Below are positions 1 to 10,453 of a stretch of 64,000 nt of DNA, in pieces (position 1 is the stretch's first letter; every line of letters begins with the position of its first letter). The notes below the pieces were generated by a model. That model was not told the DNA's origin and did no database searches. It saw only the letters and a list, made by a program, of their open reading frames with translations. Source of the stretch: Haplodiscus bocki (Eukaryota); the NCBI GenBank assembly GCA_965655095.1, contig OZ296650.1, positions 61,132,001-61,196,000 of the forward strand, given 5' to 3'. The position numbers and the translations under genes were made by a program.

Positions 1-1180
1 TGAAGTACTATCGACGCTCTTGTTGAACTTACAGAACAAATTAGGCAAGAGAGCACTGATACATATACATGTATATTGCTTGATTTGCTTAAAGCATTTG
101 ATTTCATCAATCATTAGAAATTTTCAGCCAAACTTCAATAAAATGGTGTCAGAGGAATTTGTTTAAAATTGTTTGCATGATAATGAAGAAGAGTGATGTC
201 AGTGTCATCAGTTAGGTGATTTTCTTTTGGATTTCATGTACCTGCTGGTCGGAGTACCGCAAGGCTCAATCTTTGGGCTTCTATTGCTTTTAATATACAT
301 CAATGATCTGCCAGGTACTTGTGAATTTCCTAACTTAGCCTAATTGGCTGGCGACACACAATTCTTTTTCTGTCATGCAACTCAAAATGAGTTGTTTTGC
401 TAAATAATTTCCTTGAAAGCCCTCTCAAATGGTTATCTGTCAATAAGCTTGATCTAAATATTGATAAAACTCAAGCCATAACCTTTTCGAAAAATCAGGG
501 CGAACGGATTCATTTATCAGATTGATCATTGAGGGAAAAAATTGGGTGAAGTGTCTTGGCAGTTTAACTGTTCAACATTTAAGCTTTAGGTTTCATAATA
601 TTGAGGTAGCTGAAAGACAATCAAAAACATTATTCTGTAGTATCTCGATTAAGAGACTATGTTAAAAAACCTGTGCTTCTCCAGCGCTATATTACCCATA
701 TTGAACCAGTTATCGGATATGGTCTCCGAATTTAGGACTGTACTTCAAAAAACAAAATAAAATTTTTTTACTAAAAAAGACATTGAAACAAATTTGATTT
801 CAAGCTCGTTATGATCTATCTGAAGAATTTTCTGATGGAATGATTGTGTTAATTGTGTATGACTGCTATGCTATTGAGCTTTTCTTTTTTTTCTTGAATC
901 AGTTCGTAGTGTTCTACCAACTGCGTATCTTAACTCTTTATAAGAGCGCAAAGTATCTAATGTTCGAACCAGAAAGGCTCAACTTAACCTTTTTTCTTTG
1001 CCAAATGAAATCTGCTCTGTTAGTCATAAGTTCTCTGCGTTACAGAGGTGCAAAGCTGATCAATTGTTTTGTGAAAACAGGTTTGGTTACAGTTGATTTC
1101 TCGAATAAAAACAAGCTTAAAGCATTGAAACACATGCCATATGAAATAGTAAAAGCTCAAATTTCAGGTGGGTTTTTTCA
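1..1180 (+). pseudogene. Decayed non-LTR retrotransposon (CR1/L2-like) reverse transcriptase and C-terminal region, running off the left edge
   Basis: Manual translation gives STIDALVELTEQIR, LLDLLKAFDFINH, GVPQGSIFGLLLLLIYINDLP, LAGDT (degenerate FADD) and KLDLNIDKTQ, broken by stops and frameshifts. Right boundary approximate. Confidence 0.85.
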
Positions 1181-1304
1181 ATGAGGTTGCTCATCATCTG
1201 CTTTTTTTGCGTCTTTTTTCCATACTTCGGAGGGTTCACTCTGACGGTGCTATTTTTTTTATATATCTACTTATTTTCACTGTTTTTTCTGTATTTGTAA
1301 TATT

Positions 1305-1640
1305 CTATAATTGTGTTGTTTCATAATATCTCTTCATCAGAGAAATTAAAACTTTATTCTTCTTCCAGAATAACTGTAATACACAAATTCGTTCTGTTAC
1401 TCGCCAGGATTTATAGACATTCGTTTCTCTTGGGGTGTTGAGAGGAAACCTTTGCCGTTTTGTCTGGTGTGACACTCCATACAAAAAAGACGATAATGAT
1501 TCGCAACAATGATATCTTGCTGTTTGCTGATTTTTGTTTCTTGAATACAACATATCAAAATTGCAGGCTTCGGCGTCATCCACGAGATAGTATTTCTTCA
1601 CATGATCTGTTAGTCCTCGAACCTTGAAAGTTCCGATTGA
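1305..1640 (-). pseudogene. Fragment of a LINE apurinic-type endonuclease (RTE-like), frameshifted
   Basis: GTFKVRGL (cf. GTxNVRxL), then after a frameshift ICCIQETK, YRLF...NGKGF and SWRVTERICVLQ, spread over ORFs 1305..1601 and 1397..1579. Confidence 0.7.
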
Positions 1641-2010
1641 CTAAAGTTTTCCAATGTTCTGTGCGCCTGTAGACTTGTAAAGTATACTTCAGTATGACTT
1701 TTGAAATTCGTTACTCATTCAGGATCTAATAAACTATCTCAATTTACAACAGATCAACAAAAAAAGCGAAACTAGATAGAATATCTAAAACACAAGTAGA
1801 AAAAAATGGATATGTTCAAACTAAAAAACACCACCCTCTTGGTGTCTGTAAGAACTATCAGTTTACGTAATTCCAAGGGTGGCTGTTACGACTACTTGAG
1901 TAGTGTTATGCGGTGTAAATACGAATACTTGAGTTTGAGATGTTAAAAGCTGAGTTTTTAAATAGAAATAAAAGCGTTTTAACTTCGAATTTTCTCGGAA
2001 GGGTCACCAG

Positions 2011-2817
2011 CAAGGCTTCCTAAAAAGTTATTCTGGGAAAAATTATTGCAATATCATTTGAGTAATTCAGACAGGACAGTTATTTTCCGGGTTTTAATTT
2101 CAATATTTATTTTTCGAAAAACAATAATTTCAGCAAATAATGAAGCCTTAAGCGGTCTTTACGCATCATGCCGCGTGTGCCCTAGATGAAAGGAGACAAC
2201 CAATAACGTTCGCTTGCTTTGCTCACACCTTCCAACACATGTGTGTTTTCTTACTTGCGGCGCTACCGCCCTACCGTTTACGTGCTATACCCTTACTAAA
2301 TGGCCTCAAACGTTTCTAAAAACAAAACAATCGTTGATTTTCATTATGAAGAAACGGGAACCGGGAAAAAAAGGGGCCATGACGGCTGAAGAAAGATTCG
2401 TGGTAGCTCGATTCCGTATGGAAATCGTTGTTACTTCTAAAAATAGTGCTCCCCTATCCCTTTTTGACCGGGCCCTGCTCATGGCAAAAAATATAAATGA
2501 AATAATCTATGAGTATCAACCCATGGAATGGCCGAATCCGACATCGAACGTGGTAGAAAGACTTTTAAGTCGGGCAAAAATGGTCCTCTCTGACCATCGA
2601 ATGTCTATGCTTCCAATGAACTTAGAAGAAACCCTGTTTTTGTACATAAATGAATGATTTTGGGATATTGACGTGATAAGTAAATTTGTCGAGCAGTATT
2701 ATTGCAATTATTTTTTTGCGAAACAGAAAGCGGCAATTAATATTTTTGCCCAACAGGCTCTAGCAATTTTTATTTTCAACGTACAATAATATTGCAATAC
2801 AATATTAGGAAGCCCTG
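2011..2817 (+). mobile_element. Non-autonomous (internally deleted) hAT DNA transposon, 807 bp
   Basis: Terminal inverted repeats CAAGGCTTCCTAA (from 2011) and TTAGGAAGCCCTG (ending 2817); 8-bp TSD GTCACCAG (2003-2010) / GTCACCAA (2818-2825); internal transposase C-terminal remnant. Confidence 0.85.
2346..2700 (+). pseudogene. hAT transposase C-terminal dimerisation-domain remnant
   Basis: PTSNVVERLLSRAKMVLSDHRMSMLPMNLEETLFLYINE*FWD matches the hATC pattern (PxTSxxxERxFSxAxxxxxxxRxxL). Confidence 0.75.
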
Positions 2818-3967
2818 GTCACCAACTCTTATGTTTGACAACTGAATAATGAAGTTTTGAAGCTCTTTGGACATCATGTTCACTAATATCCGCCAATTTG
2901 TGTGCTCTAAAATTTCACAAGTAACGTTTTTCTGGGACACCTGATACTATACGAACCAAAGATGTACAAGCTAGCTTTTTCTATGCTAATGCTGGAGATA
3001 AATCACCTTAGTGGTGTCAGGAATTGATATCGAAAATCAATTTGACACAATGCGCGAAAGCATGGTAACACAAGCCTAAACTTCACTAATTCTGTGTCAG
3101 TTAATTCATACTCATAATCTAACAACTTCCTATTGCCTCGCTCAAAACACCATTTACAAAGGTTACTTCACCCCGGATACTTCATCGCTCCAAAAACATG
3201 TAAAATCCCGAAGTGTGGAAATAAACGGGTACACTTTTGAAAGCGCCGAAAGTTGATTAGGAAAGTATTGCATACTCCATAAATTTGGACGCTGTGAATT
3301 GTCTGCATTTTTTTGAATTTTCCACGCAATGGGAATTCACTCTTTATCCCGCCGTAGACAGGAAGCGTTTGCTAGCTTTCAAAAATGTTTAGACTTTCAG
3401 CGATTCTCTTCAGGCATAATGATAATAGATATATCTTTCTCATCTTTGCAAATGGGTTCGTAATTTTTGCTTTTTTAAAGTCATCAGTCAATTCCACTGA
3501 AAATGGCTCAATTGGATTTTCTCTATGCTATTTTCCTACCTCCTACTGCCTGTCAACCCTGATGCCAATGTTTTGTATTGTGAAGACACGGACCAAAAAA
3601 ATTAAATGCTCAAATTAATTGCTAAGTTCAATTGGATGAAATTAAACTCATTTTCATAATTCCACTTAATTGCAATAATTGCAAACAAAGATGTTGCGCA
3701 CAAACGTCATTAATACATGGCCTTTGTTAAATTTCCTTGTCAGTCATTTTTGACGACGGCAATCAAAAATACTCAAAATTTGATGTTCATTGCAGGTATT
3801 TAAAAATTACGCCAAAATTGGTAAAACTCGTAATTTTGAGTCATAATTTTTTTTGTTTGACAATTATTTAAATTTCCTTTTTTTCTCAGAAAAAAATATT
3901 ATAATTATTATTTTTTGGTGACTGAGTGAAGATCATATTTTGTAACAGAAAAGCATTCAAAGCTAAA

Positions 3968-4068
3968 ATGGTTGTTCCGATTTGTCAATATTTTAGTTAC
4001 AGTCATTGATTGTTGAGAATAATCAGAGCAGTTCAAATTTGGGTCTACAGGGCTATTGTTATTTCAGG
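3968..4068 (+). CDS. Candidate 5' micro-exons of the coiled-coil gene (ATG 3968-3970; exon 3997-4068)
   Basis: Removing GT..AG segments 3971-3996 (26 nt) and 4069-4099 (31 nt) gives M-LQSLIVENNQSSSNLGLQGYCYFR in frame with the exon starting at 4100. Inferred only. Confidence 0.4.
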
Positions 4069-4099
4069 GTTAATTTTTGTCAATCTCTGTGTATCTTAG

Positions 4100-4521
4100 A
4101 ACACTTTTTGTACACGGGCCGAAATGTATCATGAGAGTGTTGCAAGCATTGCGAATAGATGGAAGCATCAAGTTAGCACTCTGGGCCAACGAATAGATAG
4201 CGAAAGAGAAAAGCAAAAGTTCTACGAGAATCAAATCAATTTCAAGAAAGAAACCTTCCAAAAGCGAAATGACGAATTGAAGGAGAAACGCAATACATGT
4301 TATGAAAGCCGGGCTACTTTGAAAACTTTCGAGGAAAATAGAATTGAATTGACAAATTCAATGGCGCATCTTGAGCGAGAACTGTTCCTACAGCAAAAGA
4401 ACAATAAAATTGACCAAGAGCGCTATGAAGAACTCTTTCATGAAGTTGTATCTGACGTTGCCAACTTACTGGAGCGAGCAAGCAATTTTCCAAAGGATCA
4501 GCTGACTGAATTAAAAACAAA
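4100..4521 (+). CDS. Exon of a host coiled-coil protein gene of unknown function
   Basis: Open ~140-codon E/K/Q-rich heptad-like frame (includes ORF 4124..4525), bounded by acceptor tcttag| and donor |gtgag (phase 2). Confidence 0.65.
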
Positions 4522-5181
4522 GTGAGAAAAATTGAGTTTTGAAGTGCTGTGGAAATTTCTACCACAGAAGGGTTTTGATATGTGCTGGCATTACACTAGG
4601 CAACAAAAGGATTGTTTTTATCTGGAATCTGGAAAGAAACCGGCTTCGAATAAAAACTTCGCGCCTGTGAGTTAATTTTGAAAATGTAGGGCGCCCTCGA
4701 ATGGAAGCCGCGGCTAATAATTGATTAAAACGGGAAGATCGAGATGACTGAATTTTTTCAACTCAACATTGAAAACATTATTCTCATCCGCGCAATCATC
4801 AGTAGCGATTCATTCATTCTTAGATTTGCTTCTTCGGAAAGCACCAAAGTTTTATCTACGTCGATGATAATCTCTAAGCAAAGTTCTTTCTAAGCAGCTT
4901 ATCCAGGCTTTCTGGGTCGCAGTGCTTCAAACAAGAAATCTTCAAACAGTCGGAATTTGTGATACCACAAATCTCGCAATATTTCAAAATTATTTCTGCA
5001 CCAACTGCTTCTCAACCCATTGTACCTGGAGTGCTACTGAAGGTGGTTTTAAATTGCCACCTTGGTGTACTCGAAGTTTTGCGAGGAGAACCATTCGCTA
5101 TATAGCTCCCGAGAATGATGTTTAAAACGATTTGTTGGTTGATGAGTCAAGCGGGTGTAAGATTTTTGTTGTGACCCTAGA

Positions 5182-7983
5182 AAGAGAGAGAGAAAGACTT
5201 TAATTATTGTTGGTTAGACAATATAAAGATAGAAGGTAAAGAAAAATTAAACGAGAAAATCAGGCTGAAATTTTAACAAGTTCTTGAACCTAACTTTGAA
5301 CATTTTTGGTTCTGAGAAAACTGTTATGTCTGTATTTTTATGCAGTTTATTTGCAGCCACACAGGAGCGAATCAAGAAGCACTCATTAGTTCTAGTTTTT
5401 GAAGTTTTGCGAACGTCGAAGAAAACGGTTGCGCTACGCAGGCCTTCTCTTTTGGATTGACAGCGTTATATTTTTGAAAATCGGCAAGTCTTAGTTTCCT
5501 CCTAATATACTGTTCAGCAGGCAGAGATCTTTGTTGACGAACAGATTTTTCATGTGAAGCAGGTTGAAACGCTGAATACCTTCATCATAGGTTGCAGTTG
5601 AGCTGATCCATTTCAGAACACGTTTTTGAAATATCTCTAATTTGTTCAGAGCATCTTTGCTAGTTGCCCACACTTCAGAACCATATGTGAGTGCGGATAG
5701 TATGTATTTTTGTAGATATTCGCTTTCGTTGACGGGTTGAGTGACGCAGGAAGACATCTCCGGAAGCTGATATATGTATAGTAGGCGGTTTTCAGTCGAT
5801 ATTTGACATGATTGTTCCATTTGAGATTATTGCTGATAGTTATTCCGAGATCTTTCACTTTGTCAACTGGGTTTGTGGACGAATCCATCAAACGGAGTGA
5901 GTTAGAGCAGTTCTGGTTACGATTGAAGACTATGAAGTGGGTTTTGCCAAGATTAAAAGGAATTTTGTTGTCTCTTCCCCATTCAAGGCATTTGTCTGCA
6001 TGTTCAAATATGTTCGAGTCAGTTGAAGGCACTTTGCTGTCGTCAGCAAAGAGGTAGAATTCGCATCCATTCATGTCAAAAGGGAGGTCGTTTATGGAGA
6101 TGATGAAGAGGAGTGGCCCGAGTATAGATCCCTGCGGATCGCCGCTTGTTATTGGTAACGTGTCCGAATAATTGTTGTTTATCATCACACTCTTACTTCT
6201 ATTGTTCAGGTAGTTCGTCAATAGTTTCCCACCTACGCCAATTTGTTGGAGTTTTCGAACAAGGATGTCATGTGGCACCTTGTCGAAGGCTTTACTAAAA
6301 TCGAGATAAAAGGCATACAGGGTGTCATTGACATCCTTCGCTTTGTAGATACTGTCAAGGAAGATTAGCAGCTGCGTAACTGTCGAGCGACCATGCATAA
6401 ATCCAAACTGTGTTTTTGAGACTCTGCTTCGTAGAGTTGGGTAGAGCTGGCGAAAGATTACTTTTTCAAAAACAAGTGAGAGCTTAGGAAGAATTGATAT
6501 GGGTCACCAACAAGACAGAAGTTTTATCCCCTCCTTTGAAGAATGGCACAACACGCGATTGCTTCCATCTGTCAGGATATCTAGCATGAAGTAAGACACT
6601 TTGGAAGAGTTTCCATACATGGTACGACAGTTGTTTACTAGCATATCTCAAAAAGTTTCCAGGTACTCTAGCTATTCCTGTGCCAAGGGAGGCAGTCTTC
6701 AACGCGTCTGTCACCTATTCGTGAGAGATGATGATGGAATTAATATCGCCTTCGATAAAATCGTCTTTTATCTCTGGTTTTGACTGATAGACTGAGGCAA
6801 AATATTGGTTAAAAACGGTATCGATTTCCCGTTCACATGTGTATTCTATGTCATTTTGTAGAATGCGTGATGGAAGATCGTTGGATTTAAGATGCCTGAT
6901 AAGTTTAAAGCAGCTGTACATGGAAGAATTACGATGAATAAAGGTATCAACGAAGAAAATCGTGTCGGGCTCGATGGATTTTTGACATTGGATTTCCAGA
7001 GCTTTGATGGTTACTGGCGAGGCTTTCTGTCTTCGTTTAGTTTCAACACAGTTCAGTAGATGCATGGGGTGCGATGTATAGTATGGAGGATACAACCAAC
7101 TTTTTCTACGTTTGTTTTTCATCCACGGTGACAGTATGTTGTCAAATTCTGTTAGGCAGTAGTCAATATATCCTTCATCGTCGAGTACAAAGATTACTCA
7201 GAAGATCTTTTGTTCAATGATTTCAGCCAAGGGAAGGTAGGATTGAAATGGCAGGCCTAGCTTGTCAATCTGTCTCATGTTTTTTGAGGCTCGGTAGATA
7301 CCGATAGAAGAAATTGGACAGCGAGATGATCAGAAAAGTTAGTCGAAAGGGGTGGTTTCTTGTGCACATTTTTATAGTTTGCGAAGACGAGATCTAGTAT
7401 GTTTCCTTTCCCGTGAGTGGGTTCTGGGATCAGTTGATCAAAATCATTTGCTATCATCTGCGACAAAAAGACATTATTTTCTCCCACGTTGCGTTTGGTA
7501 GATTGAAGTCACCGCAGACAATCATCCATGAAAAGACGTCCGTGACCGAATTTCTTGCTGAAAGCATTGATTTCACTTTTGCTGAAATGTCACAACAATG
7601 CCAGCTATCCCACACCAGCATTCCTATTGAAAAAGAGAAAAATTGTAAGACTTTATTGACCCGAATTTGAATAAGAGTATCGTTCAACTATGCATAATAC
7701 CCGAGAAATCGGTTGTCTCCCATGGATGTTATGAGCCATACGAGCGACGCCAAATTGGGCTGTACCCGGCTTGCTTGTTTTTCAATTCCACTATGAAGAG
7801 AAAAGTGCTGCTGACAGTTACTTTGTGGCACTACGTTCATGCACTCTTAGTTTGTTACCGTTCAAAATGGGAATCTACGCGTGTTTCAGTCAGAGCGGAG
7901 CGAGTGCTTGGTCGAACGGGCCTTAGCACCCACCAGTTGGGCTACACTCACCGACAGAAGCTGGTATTCGACCGCGGTGGTCT
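5182..7983 (-). mobile_element. CR1/L2-like LINE (~2.8 kb, decayed), antisense within the putative coiled-coil gene intron
   Basis: Endonuclease C-terminal motifs (IVCGDFNLP, PTHGKGNILDLVF, SDHLAV), RT motifs, (TC)n-type 3' tail near 5182-5195; candidate TSD CTAGA at 5177-5181 and 7984-7988. Confidence 0.85.
5491..7487 (-). pseudogene. LINE ORF2 (endonuclease-reverse transcriptase), frameshifted
   Basis: ORF 5646..6398: LDFSKAFDKVPH, GDPQGSILGPLLFIISINDLP, YLFADDSK, KDLGITISNNLKW; flanking pieces in ORFs 5491..5820, 6484..6714, 6715..7122 and 7275..7487. Confidence 0.93.
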
Positions 7984-10288
7984 CTAGATCTCACAGCATC
8001 CACTGCTGATCCGACGACTCACTGGTTTTTAACTTGTCTCTTGCTACTTTTTCGAACAAAGTTTTTTTATTGATAATTGATGTAGTAATTCTAAAATTGT
8101 CAAATCTCCGATGAAGGCTTCAAATGTGTTACTGTATCTTTGATACAAAAAGTGCACGACTTCCATAATGGCTTCTGTTTTTTTTCTCTGACATGACGAA
8201 CTGTCGGGAGGCCAAATTTTTCAAGGTGCCCAATAATTTTAGGGCCAAGATTTTTGGCCATTAACGCGAAAAGAATTTTTGAGTATTTAAAAAAATGTTT
8301 TGTGCCGAGGAGTATACCAAAGATGTTTCAGTTGAGCCGTTTTTCAGACTGTTTGTATTGTACAAAGAGTACTTCTTTTAAAATTTCAATTTTTCTGGAA
8401 AAAAAACGTGAATACACCATTTTTGTGTCGAAGAAGCCACGATTTTTCGCAAATAATGACCCCAAGTATATTTTGGGTTTTACTTGCGGCACTGACTTGG
8501 CGTTCCCCGCCTGTGCTGTGATGCTTTACCTTTAAATGGACATAAATCATAGCTGAAAGCAACCGTTTCAAGTTCTTACATCAGAAAGCTGATTTTTTGA
8601 AAATAGTCGTTGCAGGTTTATCCGAAGTGCAATTTTGTTTTAGACTATTGTGGAACTGGCTGCAAAGGGCAAGTCTTGAGTTTAATCTGAGAAACTGAGT
8701 TTACCGAGAAATGTACTGAAAAATTCCAAAATCATCCGCATCAATGTATTGTCAAGTTTTTCTAGAGAAATTTCAATTAGCGAGCGTTTCAAACTTTCGC
8801 ATAAAAATTATTTTTCCGCTCCTAGGTATTAAGCGATTTCTTAAGGCATATTGTTTTGACTTCTTTCTTCAGTTCAAATTTTGAGATATGAAACGAGAGT
8901 AACAGCAGTCAAGGGCAGTTGAAGAGAGAGAATGAAATTGGAAGCTATTCGATTGGTCTGTCTATGTTTATTTTTGAGATGTCACAGTTGGGATTATTTT
9001 TTCAAATTCTGCTAAGCTGTTTTTGAGAGCATGGTAACATACTACAAATTTATTCACTTTCAATTTTTTGCTGATCAGATCAAATTCGCTTAAAATTGGC
9101 GTACTTCCTCTTGATTGACTGTGCTAATTTCTTTGCGCCTAACTACAATTAACATGGAAAATATTGCGAATTTCGGAAAATAAATGCGAAAGAAAGTCGC
9201 TGTTGAATACCTTTACAATTATGTTTTTCTGGGAGATAAATCATAGCGAGTTTGAAAGGTTCCAGTTGAAAGGTCTGTTCAAGTTATTGAGCTACCATTT
9301 TGCTCTTATGACCACCCCTGCGTGCAGTCTTCTCCAGAATTTGTTTCTTTTCCGTTACCACCGCTTCGCTGCTATTCCGCCCTTCGGGCTGCGCGGGGGT
9401 TTGTTGTAGCAGCGTATTGTTGGGTTGGTACTAGGGCATGGGTGTGTGATGGCTTGGTTGCCTTATGTGGTAAGAAGTTGAGAGGAAAATGTCTTTTGTT
9501 ACTAAATGAATTTTATGAAATCTGATTTTTTCGGACCAGAAAAACCTGAACTTTTCGCCGGCTAACATGAAAGTGCCCCTTCAAACCTTAGCGTTGTTCG
9601 AGTTCGTCAAAATGAGAGAATTTGAAAAATGTAGCGTGCTAGTGAATATGGGTTTGTGGAAACTAATTCGGATGTTAAAAAACCGGTAAGCAGCTCTATG
9701 CCAGTTGGGGCTAATGCATAACAACCTTGACGCTGGAGATGTCTTTCGCTAATCAAAAATATGTCACCTAACTCTGCTATTCCTACCATCGCTATCAGCA
9801 AGTTGCCGCTACTCACTACCGTCAATGAATCGCTAATACTTCTTGTCTTATAATTGAACTGATTGTTATGAAGTATTTTTGTTACACATATTATTATCAC
9901 CAAAGCCACCAGCTACAGAAAAACGATTCTAAAGCTTTTGAGTTTCTCTCATTGTGTTGCAGGAGAGATTTCGAACAACAAACTCCTAAATTTTCGTTTT
10001 CAGTCTGCTAGATTTATTTTCAAAATTAAAATTTTCAAAATCCGATAATAGCGACGCTAATACTTATTTGATTCGCTAATAGCGATCGCTTTAAGCAGCT
10101 GATAGTTTCCCCGCCAAGAACGTTGCTATCGTTAACACACCTTTGTCTGATGCTCTTTTTTTCTTGCCAGAATCCAACCTAATGCTTAGCGGTTTCGTTG
10201 CCTGTGTTTTCACTTTCCTATATATTGGAGCTAACAAGTAATTTGATCGTGAAATGCCGATGAGAATGTAGATTGTTAATATAAACAG

Positions 10289-10453
10289 AAAAGAGGAGCT
10301 GGAGAAGAAGCAAGCTGCTGCGAAAAATTTGTGTAATCAAAAACGAGTACAGCTGGCTGTGAGGAAAACGCAGCTATCAACTGCTGCTCTTGCCAAGCAA
10401 GCTGCGAATTGCCCCCAATCCTCTAACTCCATGAAACATGGCGAGACAGAGAC
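10289..10453 (+). CDS. Probable next exon of the coiled-coil gene
   Basis: aacag|A AAA GAG GAG CTG...: phase matches the donor after 4521 and gives KKEELEKKQAAAKNLCNQKRVQLAVRKTQLSTAALAKQAANC...; ends at |gttagt. The acceptor polypyrimidine tract is weak. Confidence 0.5.

Noticed and set aside
7950-8020. 5S rRNA gene or HDV-like ribozyme at the LINE 5' end
   Set aside because: Only patchy similarity to the 5S 3' half (GAGACC...GAATACC), and the helix order does not fit the HDV nested double pseudoknot.
9270-9469. VQVIELP...C G|gtaag as the missing 5' DDAH exon
   Set aside because: The phase is compatible and it resembles LQVVELP, but the following sequence lacks the PDxxFVED motif and is too long; probably chance in a GC-rich repeat.
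9590-10145. MITE suggested by recurrent CGCTAAT/ATAGCG motifs
   Set aside because: No convincing terminal inverted repeats or TSD could be defined.
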